DNA from: Octopus vulgaris
Taxonomy: Eukaryota
DNA length: 64,000 bases
Assembly: GCA_951406725.2 (NCBI GenBank)
Contig: OX597816.1
Coordinates: forward strand, 163,122,001-163,186,000
Direction: 5' to 3'
Positions 1 to 13,875 of the stretch are shown piece by piece (positions within the stretch are counted from its first letter, which is position 1; every line of letters starts with the position of its first letter). The position numbers were made by a program, and so were the translations under genes. The notes beneath the pieces were generated by a model. That model ran no database searches and was not told the origin of the DNA. It saw nothing but the letters and a program-made list of their open reading frames with translations.

Positions 1-218
1 GTCGCGAGCGCAGGAAGTGAGCCATTCCCTGAAGTCCATTTGTCAAATATCGTTAAACTCAAAGAATCTACTATCGCAAAGCATTTCAAAGAAAACTCTC
101 AAATATTTTCTGGAATAAATGAATGAAACCCTTCTCTGTATAAGATATAAGTAAGAGATCAAAGCATATAGGAATGATATATTTGCTAGTTTAAAATACT
201 CAAAAGAAATTATTCGCA

Positions 219-342
219 ATGGGGCTGTGTGGTTGGGAAGCTGACTTCCCAAGTTCACTCCTGTTGTACGGTGCTTTGAGCAAGTGCCGGGACGACGAAA
301 GCTTTGTGAGTGGATTTGGTAGACGTAAACTAAAACTAGCCC
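219..342 (+). mobile_element. SINE family A, degenerate 5' half
   Basis: GGCTGTGTGGT head and TTGTGAGTGGATTTGGTAGACG body match the full copy at 14681-15104. Confidence 0.75.
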
Positions 343-379
343 AATGTATACGCACTCGTGTATGTATGTATGTACGTAC

Positions 380-455
<76 letters not shown>

Positions 456-460
<5 letters not shown>

Positions 461-678
461 TAATCCAAACAAGAAAACAAAAACAAAAAAACAACAACGC
501 AAGGACGTGGAACAAATAAAGTATTATTGGACGCTCAGGAAAGAAGGGAAGTAGGAGGGTTTGACGTTTCGAGCGGAGCTCTTCGTCGGAAACATAGGAG
601 AAGGAAAGATCCCAAGAAGGAAAGATCCCGAGAAGGGAAGACAGGGGAAAAATCGCTAGTGATACAGACGAGGTCACA
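456..678 (-). mobile_element. Short hammerhead-bearing repeat (Penelope-like terminal repeat or retrozyme-like) between (TA)n tracts
   Basis: Contains the hammerhead at 559-593, followed on the minus strand by a T-rich tail, and is flanked by (TA)n on both sides. Class assignment is inference. Confidence 0.55.
559..593 (-). ncRNA. Minimal type I hammerhead ribozyme motif
   Basis: Minus strand reads GTTT-CCGACGA-A-GAGC(TCC)GCTC-GAAA-CG-TC-AAAC: stem I GTTT/AAAC, core CUGANGA with U4C, stem II GAGC/GCTC, GAAA, GUC triplet, no helix III loop. Confidence 0.7.
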
Positions 679-693
679 CATATATATATATCT

Positions 694-796
<103 letters not shown>

Positions 797-807
797 CATA
801 CATAGTT

Positions 808-925
808 GGAATTTACAAAAAAGAGACGAAGACAGGAGTATAAACAACAACAACAAACGTGTATTAGTTTAACCCTCGGGAAGGTGAAAAAGTCTTCTAC
901 GCTTTGAGCCTACGCTCTTCAACAG
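808..925 (-). mobile_element. Repeat with degenerate hammerhead-like motif (same family as 43160-43315)
   Basis: Minus strand CTGTTGA-A-GAGC(GTAG)GCTC-AAAGCGTA...AAACTAATACA...CCTGTCTTCGT aligns with the plus-strand copy at 43208-43305. Confidence 0.6.
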
Positions 926-2259
926 CCTAATGACCGAAACCAGTAAAATATTATCGTACAAAAGATACTAAACCAGTTAGTTAACCCCGCTATCTCAGAT
1001 AAACCAGCGGACGTTCAGTAAATGCCATGAGTTCAACCATTATCTTCTCTAGCTTGCAACTAATTCAAGTTCTTACATATATAAAACAAATCTGCCTCTA
1101 TCCAGTCACTCAACTTCAAAGGAGATAAATCGCCTTAAAATTACATTTTCTGATTGTCTTTTAATCAGAAGCTTCCAGCTATGAGTTAATAAGCATGTCA
1201 CGGAATTATCTCCAGAAGATCGCTTACAGACATTTAAACAGACCCGGAATAGAAGAGGTCCTTTAGCTGCTCATCTTAGAGAAAGTAACTCCATACAGAT
1301 CCTGGATCATTAAGAATACTGCGCTTGTGGTATTTGTTGAAGCAGAATTGGATGAGAGAGTAAGACTGGCTCCGCCCAAAACATGCTCTTTCTAAAAACA
1401 CGCCCTTACTGCCTTGCAGGGTAATTTATTGAGCATGTAATAAAGTCTGAGCGATTAACCACCTTATAGAAAGTCCACATGGTTATTCTTAACTAATCCG
1501 GCATACTTTGCAGTTCCATTGATGCTGTGGGCGTATTGACTTGTCTTTTCTTTGTGAGTGACGAAGTTGTTAATTTACTTGGGTTTAGGCTATCACCCAT
1601 GTACGCCAGTGTAAGATTTGAATTCAATACAAATCGAACCAGAACAAATACTTTAGGTATCTTTTAACGACATACTTACAATTTTTGCCACTCGTCCGTA
1701 GTGGGCTGTTAGTGCTTCCTTGAAAGCAGAAAAGAATGAAAAAGTCGACCTGGTCGAAATTTGAATTTAAAACAAAGAAACGACACGATGTCATAGAGAA
1801 TTCTACCTGACTCTGTTCACTTGTTGCCCACTACTTTGCTGAACCCAACATGTAGGCTTTCTGTACTGCAAACACACCCAAATTAAGATAAAAGTTTCCA
1901 AAGCTGGTTCTCAAAATTTTTACTGTTATTCCTAAAGATAATATAGTCCTAGACTCTGTGTCTGAAATAAAGGAGAAATAGTTGCGATTGGACTGCCTCC
2001 CTCGGTAATAGATATTTTGACGTGGGTTTTACGAATAACGAATTCACAAAACCTACTTGACATTTCTTTAATCTACTCATGATTCTACAGCATAATGTTT
2101 TTGATTGTAATGTTTGCCAGCCAATCAGAAACAGTTGGTTTGAAAGCCACCGAAGAACAATCAAAATCTCCATGGACGTCTTTCTGATTACTTGGTCTCA
2201 TTAACACTACTTACGACTCCAAAGTATCTTAACATTTCAATTAGATAAGTTTATCATCT

Positions 2260-2263
2260 ATAT

Positions 2264-2324
<61 letters not shown>

Positions 2325-2385
2325 CATACATACATACATACAAAACACACGCACACATACACACACACACAAACACACACACATA
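2260..2385. repeat. Compound (TA)n/(CATA)n/(CA)n microsatellite
   Basis: Directly visible. Confidence 0.95.
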
Positions 2386-2802
2386 TAGGAACATATATGT
2401 ATGTATTTTTATATCTATTTTATATCAGTATACGTATATATGTATATACACTTACATTTAAATATAAATATATATATATACATATATATACATATTAATA
2501 TATATAAACGCACATTTGTATGTATGTATATACACGTGCGTGTGCGTACCTAATCAGTATGTTATCTCATTATTTGGCTGTAGCAGTTATCTTTCCCTAG
2601 TCTCTATGTGCCAATGTTATACGAAGATTATCCATCGCAATCCTCTTTAGAGTTGTCCCGATAATGTTATCTTGCTAAAGGAAGAGAAACTTAAGATGCA
2701 AAACGATTTTCTTGTCTAAAAATCTCAATATTCTTTCCTCGTTATTTAAATAACCCCAGTATATATTGCACTGAATGCTACTTATATAACGATTCGAATA
2801 AT

Positions 2803-2891
<89 letters not shown>

Positions 2892-2902
2892 TAATAATAA
2901 TA

Positions 2903-3154
2903 ACATGGGTGTTTCGTTCAACATCTTTAAACAACCCTTATTCAGGGACCTTTTGACCAGAAAATTCTAACTGGGCCCCCATCTGCAAGGTCATGCGCTG
3001 TTTATCTTGATATGAGATCACCATGTCGCGTACATATGGTTGTGATGCATGTGCCTGGTGCACCCCTATGAGACGGGTAGTCATGATGGGTATATTGGGC
3101 TTTGTATATTTGTACCCTAGTGTCATTTTGATGGCATGCACTGCTCTCTCACTC
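2903..3154 (+). mobile_element. Element D, 5'-truncated, in an (AAC)n(AAT)n tract
   Basis: Matches the 3' half of 18595-19137 and ends CTCTCTCACTC-(AAT)n. Confidence 0.9.
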
Positions 3155-3294
3155 AATAATAATAATACAGCGGATGTCCGTATTTAAGAAAAGAAGTAAA
3201 TGGTCTTTAATAGGTCCTTTAACTGTGGGCATAAGTAGCATTTTGGCAGCGAAGTTTTACTAAATGAAAAATAGGTTGATAGAAATACGCACAG

Positions 3295-3868
3295 ACACAT
3301 GCTTGACAACCGGTGTTGGAGAGTTTACCTCCCTGTTATTTATCAGTAACAAAAAAGGTATCAGACTTCTAGAAAACAAATACTGGGACCGATTCGTTCA
3401 ACAAAAATGTTTCAATGTGATGCTCCAGCATGGCTGAAGTCTAATGACTGAAACAAGTATAAGATAGTCTCTTATTCTTTTCTTCTTTTGTTTCAGTTAT
3501 TTTACTGCGGTCATGCTGGAGTATCGCCCTGAAGGATTTTAGTCGAACAAATCGACACCAGGACTTACTTTTGAAGCCTAGAACTTATTCTATCGGTCTC
3601 TTTTGTAAATTACGGGGATGTGAAAACATCAACACCGGTTGTCAAGCGGTGGTAGGGGACAAATACACAAATACACAAACACACACAAACGCATACATAT
3701 ACGGCAGGACTTTTTCAGTTTTTGTATACCAAATCAGTTTACAAGTCTTAGGTCAACCCGAGGCTCTTGTAGAAGACACTTGACGAAGCTGCCTCGCAGT
3801 GGAATTAAACTCAGAACCATGTGACTAAGAAGCAATCTTCTAACCACACAGCCACACCTGCACCTATA
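3295..3868. mobile_element. Two SINE A copies tail to tail (plus-strand 3' part 3295-3465; minus-strand copy 3470-3868)
   Basis: GCTTGACAACCGGTGTTGG and TGCTCCAGCATGG on plus, then the reverse-complement body ending AACCACACAGCCACACCTGCACC. Confidence 0.85.
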
Positions 3869-4026
3869 CATACATACATACATACATACATACATACATA
3901 CATGCATGCATGCATACATACATACATACATACATACATACATACATACATACATGCATGCATGCATACATACATACATACATACATACATACATACATA
4001 CATACATACATACATACATACATACA

Positions 4027-4239
4027 TACAAGTTCAAGTTTATACCTGTAATTATTGGGGCCCTGGGATATGCAACACACTGCCTTAATGACAATCTTGA
4101 AAACCAGAAATGAGAAAACTATTTCGAAGGCTACAGATCCAGTCCATCACTGGAACTGTAAAAATCTACAAAACTTTCCAGAAGTTTATTATTTAAATAT
4201 ATATGAGCATGTCTAGATATGTAACTCTATACATGAGAA
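4027..4239 (+). mobile_element. 3' end of an RLE-type non-LTR retrotransposon within (CATA)n
   Basis: Translates YKFKFIPVIIGALG and, after a frame disruption, LQIQSITGTVKIYKTFQKFII*. This parallels IPVVIGALG...IVLMGTAHILRKIL in the LINE at 59756-59920. (CATA)n lies on both sides. Confidence 0.75.
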
Positions 4240-4308
4240 TACATACATACATACATACATACATACATACATACATACATACATACATACATACATACAT
4301 ACATACAT

Positions 4309-4634
4309 GGTGGCTGCCCCCTCTTTATCGAGTATGGCCAGTGCACGAAGCTTAATCAATGTTGTTATCGTGCAATGCCTGTGCAAGAAGATTTATTTTA
4401 AAGTGAGGAAAGGCTGTGCTCTGAGTCAATCCCACTCACTAAGCAACACATACATACATACATAAATATATACATACATACATACATACATACATGGTGG
4501 CTGCCCCCTCTTTAGCGAGTATGGCCAGTGCACGAAGCTTAATCAATGTTGTTATCGTGCAATGCCTGTGCAAGAAGATTTTTTTTTAAGTGAGGAAAGG
4601 CTGTGCTCTGAGTCAATCCCACTCACTAAGCAAC
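4309..4634 (+). repeat. Two near-identical 139-bp units (4309-4447, 4496-4634) separated and flanked by (CATA)n
   Basis: GGTGGCTGCCCCCTCTTT...CCCACTCACTAAGCAAC occurs twice with only a few differences. Confidence 0.95.
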
Positions 4635-5506
4635 ACATACATACATACATACATATATACATACATACATACATACATACATACATACATACATACATAC
4701 ATACATACATACATACATACATACATACAAAAATACCCTGTTGTTGATGTTGAAATTCCAATGAAGGAACCTTAGATGTAGGCTAGAAACCGGTTCGTTC
4801 TCTATCATTGAATAACAGAAATCTACCACTCACCCAGTATTTCTAGTATTTCTTCCTAGAAAAGGAGAGAGAGAGAAAGAGAAAAAATTTGCATTTCCAA
4901 GCTGCATGGATAGTAATGTTTTGTAATCTGCTGTCCTATCATTTCATCTGTAGATTCCTCTCTGTGTTATTAACGTTGAGTCTATTCAAGGACACAACAA
5001 CGTATTTCATGTGATAAGAACTCTCGAGCCTTAAAGTGGGTACTTTATTCAATTAAGTATTGAGGCAAGCAGGAAACACCGATATCTATGTCAGAGTTGT
5101 GTCTAAATATCTACGTTATAAATAATTAGTGTTTTCTCTCAAGCGCTTCTATATGTTCAGCCTAGATTTTGACACCCAATTATTTCCCCTGTTTTATATA
5201 TATATATATACAGTGTCTCCTGTAAGTCGATATCCTTTACAATTTAGGCGCCATTTTGTTTTCTTATTATTAAACAGCATGTTTAAATCTAACAAAATGT
5301 TAATTCTTTTTTCGATTTAGTTTTCGTTTCTACACTTCAAGATAAACAATCCTTGCAACAAGGTTTTTCATACAAATCAAAATTCACAAAAAGTGTTTTA
5401 AACAAAACAGAAATAATACACAAAACAGTTTGTACATCAGCAAACATCTGCCTTCAACTAACAGCAGTACATCTTAAGTTGATTGATTTATAATTAAAAC
5501 AGTGTA

Positions 5507-5605
<99 letters not shown>

Positions 5606-5609
5606 CATT

Positions 5610-5647
<38 letters not shown>

Positions 5648-5657
5648 TATCATTATC

Positions 5658-5725
<68 letters not shown>

Positions 5726-5750
5726 CATTATCGTTATCGTTATCATTATT

Positions 5751-5824
<74 letters not shown>

Positions 5825-5967
5825 CGACGTAGTTGTTGTTGTTGTTACTATTAGTACTTCCATTTAAATTACATTATTTTTTTATTCTTATCATTATTGA
5901 TATTACTCTTATCAATATTATTATTAGTATAGTTGTTATTATTGTTGTTGTTGTTGCTGTTGTTGTT
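5507..5967. repeat. Compound (ATT)n/(ATC)n/(GTT)n microsatellite
   Basis: Directly visible. Confidence 0.95.
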
Positions 5968-6339
5968 CATTTCTCATTGCGTTGACGTACCCAGAAGCAA
6001 CGCTCTGCCAGATTTCCCAAATTTTCATTTCTTCCGTTGACACCATCTTGTATGAGAAGACATCATACATATGTCGATATTAAGAAAAGTAGAACTTGAA
6101 GTTAAGAAGAGCTTCGGAATTCAAATCAAGTTCTTTTCCTTCGTTTCTCGTAGTCTAATAATGAAAGATTTATGTATTTTTTTGTTTTTGTTGTTGAAAT
6201 TCTCCTGTAAATCCCCAAACAGAAGAACATATTCTTAACAAGTGCTGCTGATTTTCATGGCGACGTGATGCAAAACTTTGTGCAAAACAGGCCCAACAGG
6301 CTCGACATTAGATTTCAGTTTGATGACTCTGAGAGCGAT

Positions 6340-6390
6340 AAAGATGATGATGATGAGGAGGAGGAGGATGACGACAACGACGACGACGAC

Positions 6391-6436
<46 letters not shown>

Positions 6437-6445
6437 GTGGTGATG

Positions 6446-6501
<56 letters not shown>

Positions 6502-6720
6502 GATGGTAATGATGATGATGATGGTAATGATTATGGTTGTGGTGGTGGTGGTGGTGGTGGTGGTGGTGGTGGTGATGATGGTGATGGCGATGATGATGAT
6601 GATGATGGTGATGATTATGGTGGTGGTGGCGATGGTGGTGGTGGTGGTGGTGGTGGTGGTGGTTGTTGTGGTGGTAACGGTGGTGGTGATGATGGTGATG
6701 GCGATGATGATGATTATGGT
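6340..6720. repeat. Compound (GAT)n/(GGT)n microsatellite
   Basis: Directly visible. Confidence 0.95.
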
Positions 6721-6773
6721 GTCTATGTGTGCTTGCAATCAAAAATGTTCAGTTGCATGTGTGCCTATATGTT

Positions 6774-6820
<47 letters not shown>

Positions 6821-8025
6821 AGAAAAATATATATATATATATTAAGAATAAGAGGCAGTTAGAATTTTGGATAATTCTTTGATGACGCTTTCGTTCGTTT
6901 ATCCGAACTCTTCAATACATGCAGCTATATGCCAATATTTCTATACATACAAGTTTAGATATATTTATTGTTCAATGATACATGTTTTATTGCGATAGAT
7001 TAGAAAGGAAGTGAATTTTTTGAGATGCAAACTACTTTAAGCTGTTTATATTCTCGTGTCTTTAGAGCGTCATACTCGCTTCTCTTATAATTTGGTTAGT
7101 TTCTTGTCCCAGATCTGTTGTCATCATTGTGCCTCTTCTATTTTCACACTTTTTGCGTCATCACGTGAGCACTATGGTTGTACTTTAGATAATAATTTTA
7201 GAATGAATTTGTTCTTGTATCTACAGACAAAGAGAAACTCAGAGCAACAAAATGGCATATAAGTACTCATGAGCAAATTTAACCAATGACGTCTGCCCTT
7301 GTACCTGAAATTAGCCAATGCTACGATGAAACTCGTAGATAACACCATAAATTTGACCTAGGAAAACAATAATGCCGACCATTGGAAAGTAACAAACAAA
7401 ATAATATTGGAAACAAAGCAATGAGAAAAATAGACGATGAGAAAGAAACGAACTCTCTCCTTCGTATATAATATATGTAGGAGTAGAAATATAAATGGTT
7501 CTCGATTAATGGAGGAACGATCGAGAAGAAAACTGAAACAGGTGGTAGACAACATCAAACGGGGTAAATAGTAGGAAAAGTAGGAAATTGATAAGAAGGA
7601 TCGTAGTCGCAGGTAAAAACCAATTATTAATTGAGAAATGAAGGTACGTTGTGTTACAAATAATATTCGAAAAGACGGCACAGAGGTACACCAAAAATAT
7701 TACTGGAAAAATGAAAAACACAGCTCAACAAGTTCAAGTCCTTCATCAGCTGTAAAATACTTGCTACTACAATTTCGACACTTATCGGTGATACTTTACG
7801 AATTCAGCGATTTTCGATCTATTCCCTCTATATCCTCGCATAATGGAACTGCAAGAGTAAAGACGAGTAGATTAGAAAATTCATCTAATACAAGAAAGAT
7901 TGGTATATAAGGACGGAAACGGTGAAAGTACATGGCAACACAAACACGGAAATAAGTTCAAACCATGCACACATACATACATACATACATACATACATAC
8001 ATACATACATACATACATACATACA

Positions 8026-8058
<33 letters not shown>

Positions 8059-8397
8059 TTATTTACGACAGGATAATAAATCCAAGACAAGTTGTGCAAA
8101 GCAAATAAATAAACCAAACGAAATGGGATTATAAACATAAACACATATAAGTTTTGCCGCAAACCACAATTATAAGTCAAATTTCGTGAAGGTATATGCA
8201 CATACATATTTACACCCATACGAACATATACAACCATGTATATACATATATATACATACACGGACATATTTACGCATACATGTATATACACTCACGCACA
8301 CAAACATATACACACAATATAAAAACATATACTTACATATATATATATAAATGTATGTGTGTGTACGTATATATACATATATAAATATATATTTACA

Positions 8398-8429
<32 letters not shown>

Positions 8430-9215
8430 CTCGTACACATTCATGACCGTATGTTATCGCGGTGTGATTTTATATAGGTTTCTAAGATTCTGTGAACTAA
8501 ATACTAAATGGTGTGATATTATTCAAAGTTCTCTCATCAAGCAAAAATATATATATATATTTATGTTTACAATAATGTTTGTTCTCAATAAATATAATGA
8601 CCTATCGCATAGCAGATATGAAATGAAAATACGCATACACATATATACTTAAACGCATATATTTACAGTCGCATACATGGGCATGGACGCACGGCCATAT
8701 TGTATTTATGCATGATTGTACACACATCCACGTAAATACATACATGTATACAAACAAAATATATATACACAAGCACACACACACACATACACGCAAACAC
8801 ACGCACATATATATTCATTATAACTCATGAACATGTATGAATATACACGCATATATATACACACACATATACGCCTAACCGTGAATATATGTTCAGATAA
8901 ATATTTATTATGAATAAGGAAATAAAGACATATTTATTGTGCTGTTCTATACTTTGTATCTTAATTGAAATATAGATAAAACTGCTATTGTCCACAACAG
9001 TGTCCACGGTTTTAATACGTTTATGGAGACACAGAGCCATCCAGTGTGTCGTTTGAGAAATACGTGTATGTTTTGCAATATCTCTCTCATACGATTTTAT
9101 AGTAATCTCTGTTGATGAGATAAATGTGAAATATAGAGAGCGCCTGGCAAGTAAGAACTCAACCTCACACATATACATATATAACACCTCCACGCAGACT
9201 CTCAATATCTCTCTC

Positions 9216-9770
<555 letters not shown>

Positions 9771-10790
9771 GACGAGTAGGGTGGCCACTCTCACCCAGTA
9801 ATGGGCTGAGAGGAAGCTATCCCTAAAAGATCTGGCGGAGGTAGCGAACGCGTCCATCGCATCCGTCATTGATTACCGTCTCACCGTCGTGCCTTGTCCC
9901 GATCCTACCATCACTAAACTGGAAGGCATACTCTTCCACTTTTTGTGGAAGGGAAGCGTTCCGATTGTTAGGCGATCCATTTGCTGTCAACTCCCACTAA
10001 ATGGAGGGCTGAGCATGCCGTGGTTGATGATGTGCAGACATGCGCTGAGACTGTGACATCTCCAGTGCTTCATGGACGGCGGTGAACGGGTGTGGTCACT
10101 GTTTGTGAGACGCGCTTTACGGCAGCTCATCTCTCTGATCGAGGCTAGGTGAATGGCACCGTGAGTGTCGCCTTGCTCTCAAGCAACTCTGCCGTCCGGG
10201 ACCAAACTTGTGCGACTTCAATTCTACAAAGGTGTTCTATAGAGAATTAGTGAAGGGGAGGTGCGACGACGTTCTCGGGAAGAATCTAGGCGTCGACGAG
10301 GAACACTTGACCAGCCTGTTCAGGACTACTTTCGGGTCTGGACCTATGGACGATCACCAGATATCCTTGGCCTGACACTGCTATCGAGAAGCATTTCCCG
10401 TTCGGAATAAGCTCTACATGCACTGTTCGAAACACACCGGACCGACTTGCCCTAGATGCGGTCAGAGCGACGAAACCATTCTGCACGCACTCGTGCAGTG
10501 TCCAATCATTTCGGAACTTTGGGCTTGTGCCAAACGGCTCCTGTCACGTGTGGGACGAATTCGGTTGTCGGTCGAGTCTATTGTGAAAATTTCTCCGCCA
10601 CCTTCCCTTAACCGGGAAGGCAAGGCAGTCTTCCGCGTACTGGTGGCCATGATGAAAGAATGTGTGTAGTGGAGTCGAGCGAAAGGTTTAGAGACAAACA
10701 CTTGCCTCTCTCGCCAATCGCTCATCAACTTTTTCAAGTACCATTTGAGAAGGAAGGTGAGAATAGAAAGGCAAGTTTTGTTTCGTGATA
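9771..10790 (+). mobile_element. L1/Tx1-type LINE ORF2 C-terminal fragment, disrupted
   Basis: Translates LEGILFHFLWKG...CCQLPLNGGLSMP (post-RT region) and the zinc finger CPRCGQSDETILHALVQC..LW; contains stops and frameshifts. Confidence 0.85.
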
Positions 10791-11737
10791 AAAGATTCAA
10801 TTAAAACAGCAATTCTCTTCTCAGAATTAAGTGAGAAAACTAATTCACTCAACTGTAGGCAGACCAGAGTCCAGAATCCAGTGAGGACTTCTTGTTTGTA
10901 AAAAAAAAAAGATAATTACGGCAAACAACAAACCCCAAATGGACCCCAAATCAAAAGTCTTACATTACAGTTGAAGTTCTTTTTTAATCACTATTTCACC
11001 AGCTTCAAACCAGCGTGGCGACTCCTTTCAGTCGTACGAACAGCACTGACAACGAATGCATGCGTAGTGGAAAGCAAGCTTCTTACCACACAGCCTCTCG
11101 AAAGAGTAATCTGAATGTTAAAGGGTTAAAGTACAACATTACAAAATTTCAACAATGACAAGCTTGTAAACAGTTTCTGCCGAAGCAGAAATTTCACTAA
11201 GAAAATTTTAGCGAACCAACTTTCTTGCTTGAGGACCCCTGATCATGATACAGTGCAGTGGTAGTGAACCAGGAATAGCTTTAATACGAAGCGAACTTCT
11301 GAACCACAAAATCAAGAAATGAAGAACTGTGCATAGAAATTTGAAATGTTGGTCATTGAAACAATGGAGGAATGGAAAAAATATATATATAAACTTGACA
11401 GTGATGTAATTATAGCGTCTAGATTATAGATTAATCAGCTATCGTTTTTGAAGATTATCGAAGGCGCTACATCAATGTAAGAAATTGTTTCGAATCTTTG
11501 GAGACGCTTTCATTACTTAGAAATGCAAACTATATATAGCAGCGTATATACTCTCCATCTCTCTCCCTCTCGCCATCTCTCACTATCTCCCTCTATCTCT
11601 TTCTCTCTTCGTCTCTTTCGTTCTCCGTTTATCATTTCTATGTACATTTCTTGTTATATCTACCTGTATATTGAAGATTACACACATATTCACAAACACA
11701 ACGGTATATGATATGACAAACAATCACATACAGGACG

Positions 11738-11792
<55 letters not shown>

Positions 11793-12172
11793 TTAGATAT
11801 AGATACAGATATAGATATAGATATAAGAATATATATAGGTACATAGATGCATACATACACACAAGTAATCATATGTAAACAAAATTAGAGAAAGAGAGTT
11901 ATGCAAATATATATACGGATGTATAGACTGATAGAATGGTAGATAGATGGATATAAAAATAGGTTGAATGATAATTAAGGGTTCAAAGATATATAATATT
12001 ATATAAATGTATATATATATGTATATATATATATTTATGTGCGTGTTTGTATTTTTGTACGAGTGTGTATATGTGTGTATGTGTATTCATGTGTGTATGC
12101 ATATATATGTATATACGTATGTATACGCATATATGTGCTCATATATGCATATATATATATATATATATAATT

Positions 12173-12268
<96 letters not shown>

Positions 12269-12277
12269 ATATATATA

Positions 12278-13449
12278 TCTCTTATTATAAAAGGCAGATT
12301 TTATCTGCCTCCCTTTGGGAGTTATACAAATCTACAATATAGGATTTCTTCAATTACAATTTACCTAGCAGTTTTAAGAGTACAATGCATCGCGTCATGC
12401 CAGGTCCAGTTTTTAAAATTTAAACTCCAATGAAGCAAAATTTACAGAAAACTCACATTCTGGTGTGTGTGTCAAATGCTTTTCTTAGTCTGGTTTACAC
12501 CACACGCCAACGCACACACACAGTGGGCAACGAATAAAATGAAAGTAAATGTAATATTTGTTTCTGTCTATCACGCTGATAGATACATGAGTAAAATGTA
12601 TGGGAAGCTAACAGATAACAGTGAGTGAAAATGTTCTTGGAAGAGAGTAAATTAGCGACAGTGATTTGAGGAAGACTAAACTGAAACTATGAAACAGTGT
12701 TTATGTATAAACAGACGACACTTATATAAACCCTTTCGTTACCAAACCGCCCGAATTTACCTATTCATATTTAAATGAGAATATCAGAGTAAATCTCTTT
12801 AGTACATTCGTGAAAACACGTATTATACTTCGTAAACACTTCAAATACAGTTTTGTACAAAAATCGAAGTGTAATTTTAATTCCGTGAATTATGGGAGAT
12901 TTTTTTCCGAAATTTGTTCCTATTGTGTTTTCAAAATTTGTAATTCTGACAAAAAATGGATACGAATTTCATTATATCAAGCAGCGAGTCAGAATTCGAA
13001 GGATTTTCTACTGAAGACCTTCATAAATCTAACTCTATGACTGAAAAAAAAAAGCATCTTTATATAAGAGTGAAGTTGTGTGTCTGTCCCCTTCGATTTA
13101 CATTCGTAATTACTCCCACATTTTGCGGTGCAGTTTAACCAAAAGCGGGTATCTTATAGTCGTGATTCATATCGAGCCCTTCTGGGTATTAGCGCGCGTC
13201 TACGATGAGTCTACGATTTAAAAAAATTTACCATCATATTTTTCCATTTTAATGCATTTTTTTCGCTTTTATATAAGGGAAGTAACTCTCTAAAAATATC
13301 TACGATGTGTCAACGATTTAAAAAAAATTTACCTTAATTTTTTTTCAATTTTTAATGCATTTTTTTTGCTATTTTTTGGCTATAACTCTCTAAAAATGCT
13401 TATATAGTTATTTCCCTTACAACCCGAGCAACGCCGGGCGATACTGCTA

Positions 13450-13450
<1 letters not shown>
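12278..13450 (+). mobile_element. Non-autonomous Helitron; standard unit 13057-13450 with a second upstream 5' end at 12278
   Basis: A|TC 5' ends (TCTCTTATTATAAAA, TCTTTATATAA), subterminal hairpin CCCGAGCAACGCCGGG at 13423-13438, CTAG|T 3' end, no TSD. Confidence 0.8.
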
Positions 13451-13488
<38 letters not shown>

Positions 13489-13491
13489 GAT

Positions 13492-13524
<33 letters not shown>

Positions 13525-13692
13525 CATGTAGATACACACACACATATATATATATACATATATATATGATATATATATATATCATATATATATATATATA
13601 TATATATATGCATGTACGTAAATATAATTAAATGTAGGGAGGTAGGTATGCAGTTCAATAGGTGTTTACGTACATGGTAAAGTAACGGGTTT

Positions 13693-13772
<80 letters not shown>

Positions 13773-13833
13773 CGCAGATTCGCCTCCATAGATGTGCACA
13801 AGCCTACATCCATTTCTTTGTACACAAATACAC

Positions 13834-13875
<42 letters not shown>

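Noticed and set aside
4240-4730. CRISPR-like repeat/spacer pattern
   Set aside because: The repeats are microsatellites, the spacers are identical, no cas genes are present and the context is eukaryotic.
4755-4800. CCAATGAAGG...AGAAACCGGTT as a hammerhead
   Set aside because: Core lacks G5 and stem II does not abut the core properly.
5968-6110. Minus-strand NLAERCFWVRQRNEK* ending in (AAC)n as another RLE-LINE C-terminus
   Set aside because: Too short and degenerate to support without a profile search.
6235-6882. Poly-Asp/Gly, poly-His and poly-Ile ORFs (also 19654-20436, 43720-44394, 58328-59566)
   Set aside because: Translations of trinucleotide microsatellites, open in several frames, with no domain or splice context.
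7735-7785. GAAA...CTGATGAAGG on minus, and a similar arrangement at 38575-38620 on plus, as type II hammerheads
   Set aside because: Stem I cannot form, and stems II and III need bulges or mismatches.
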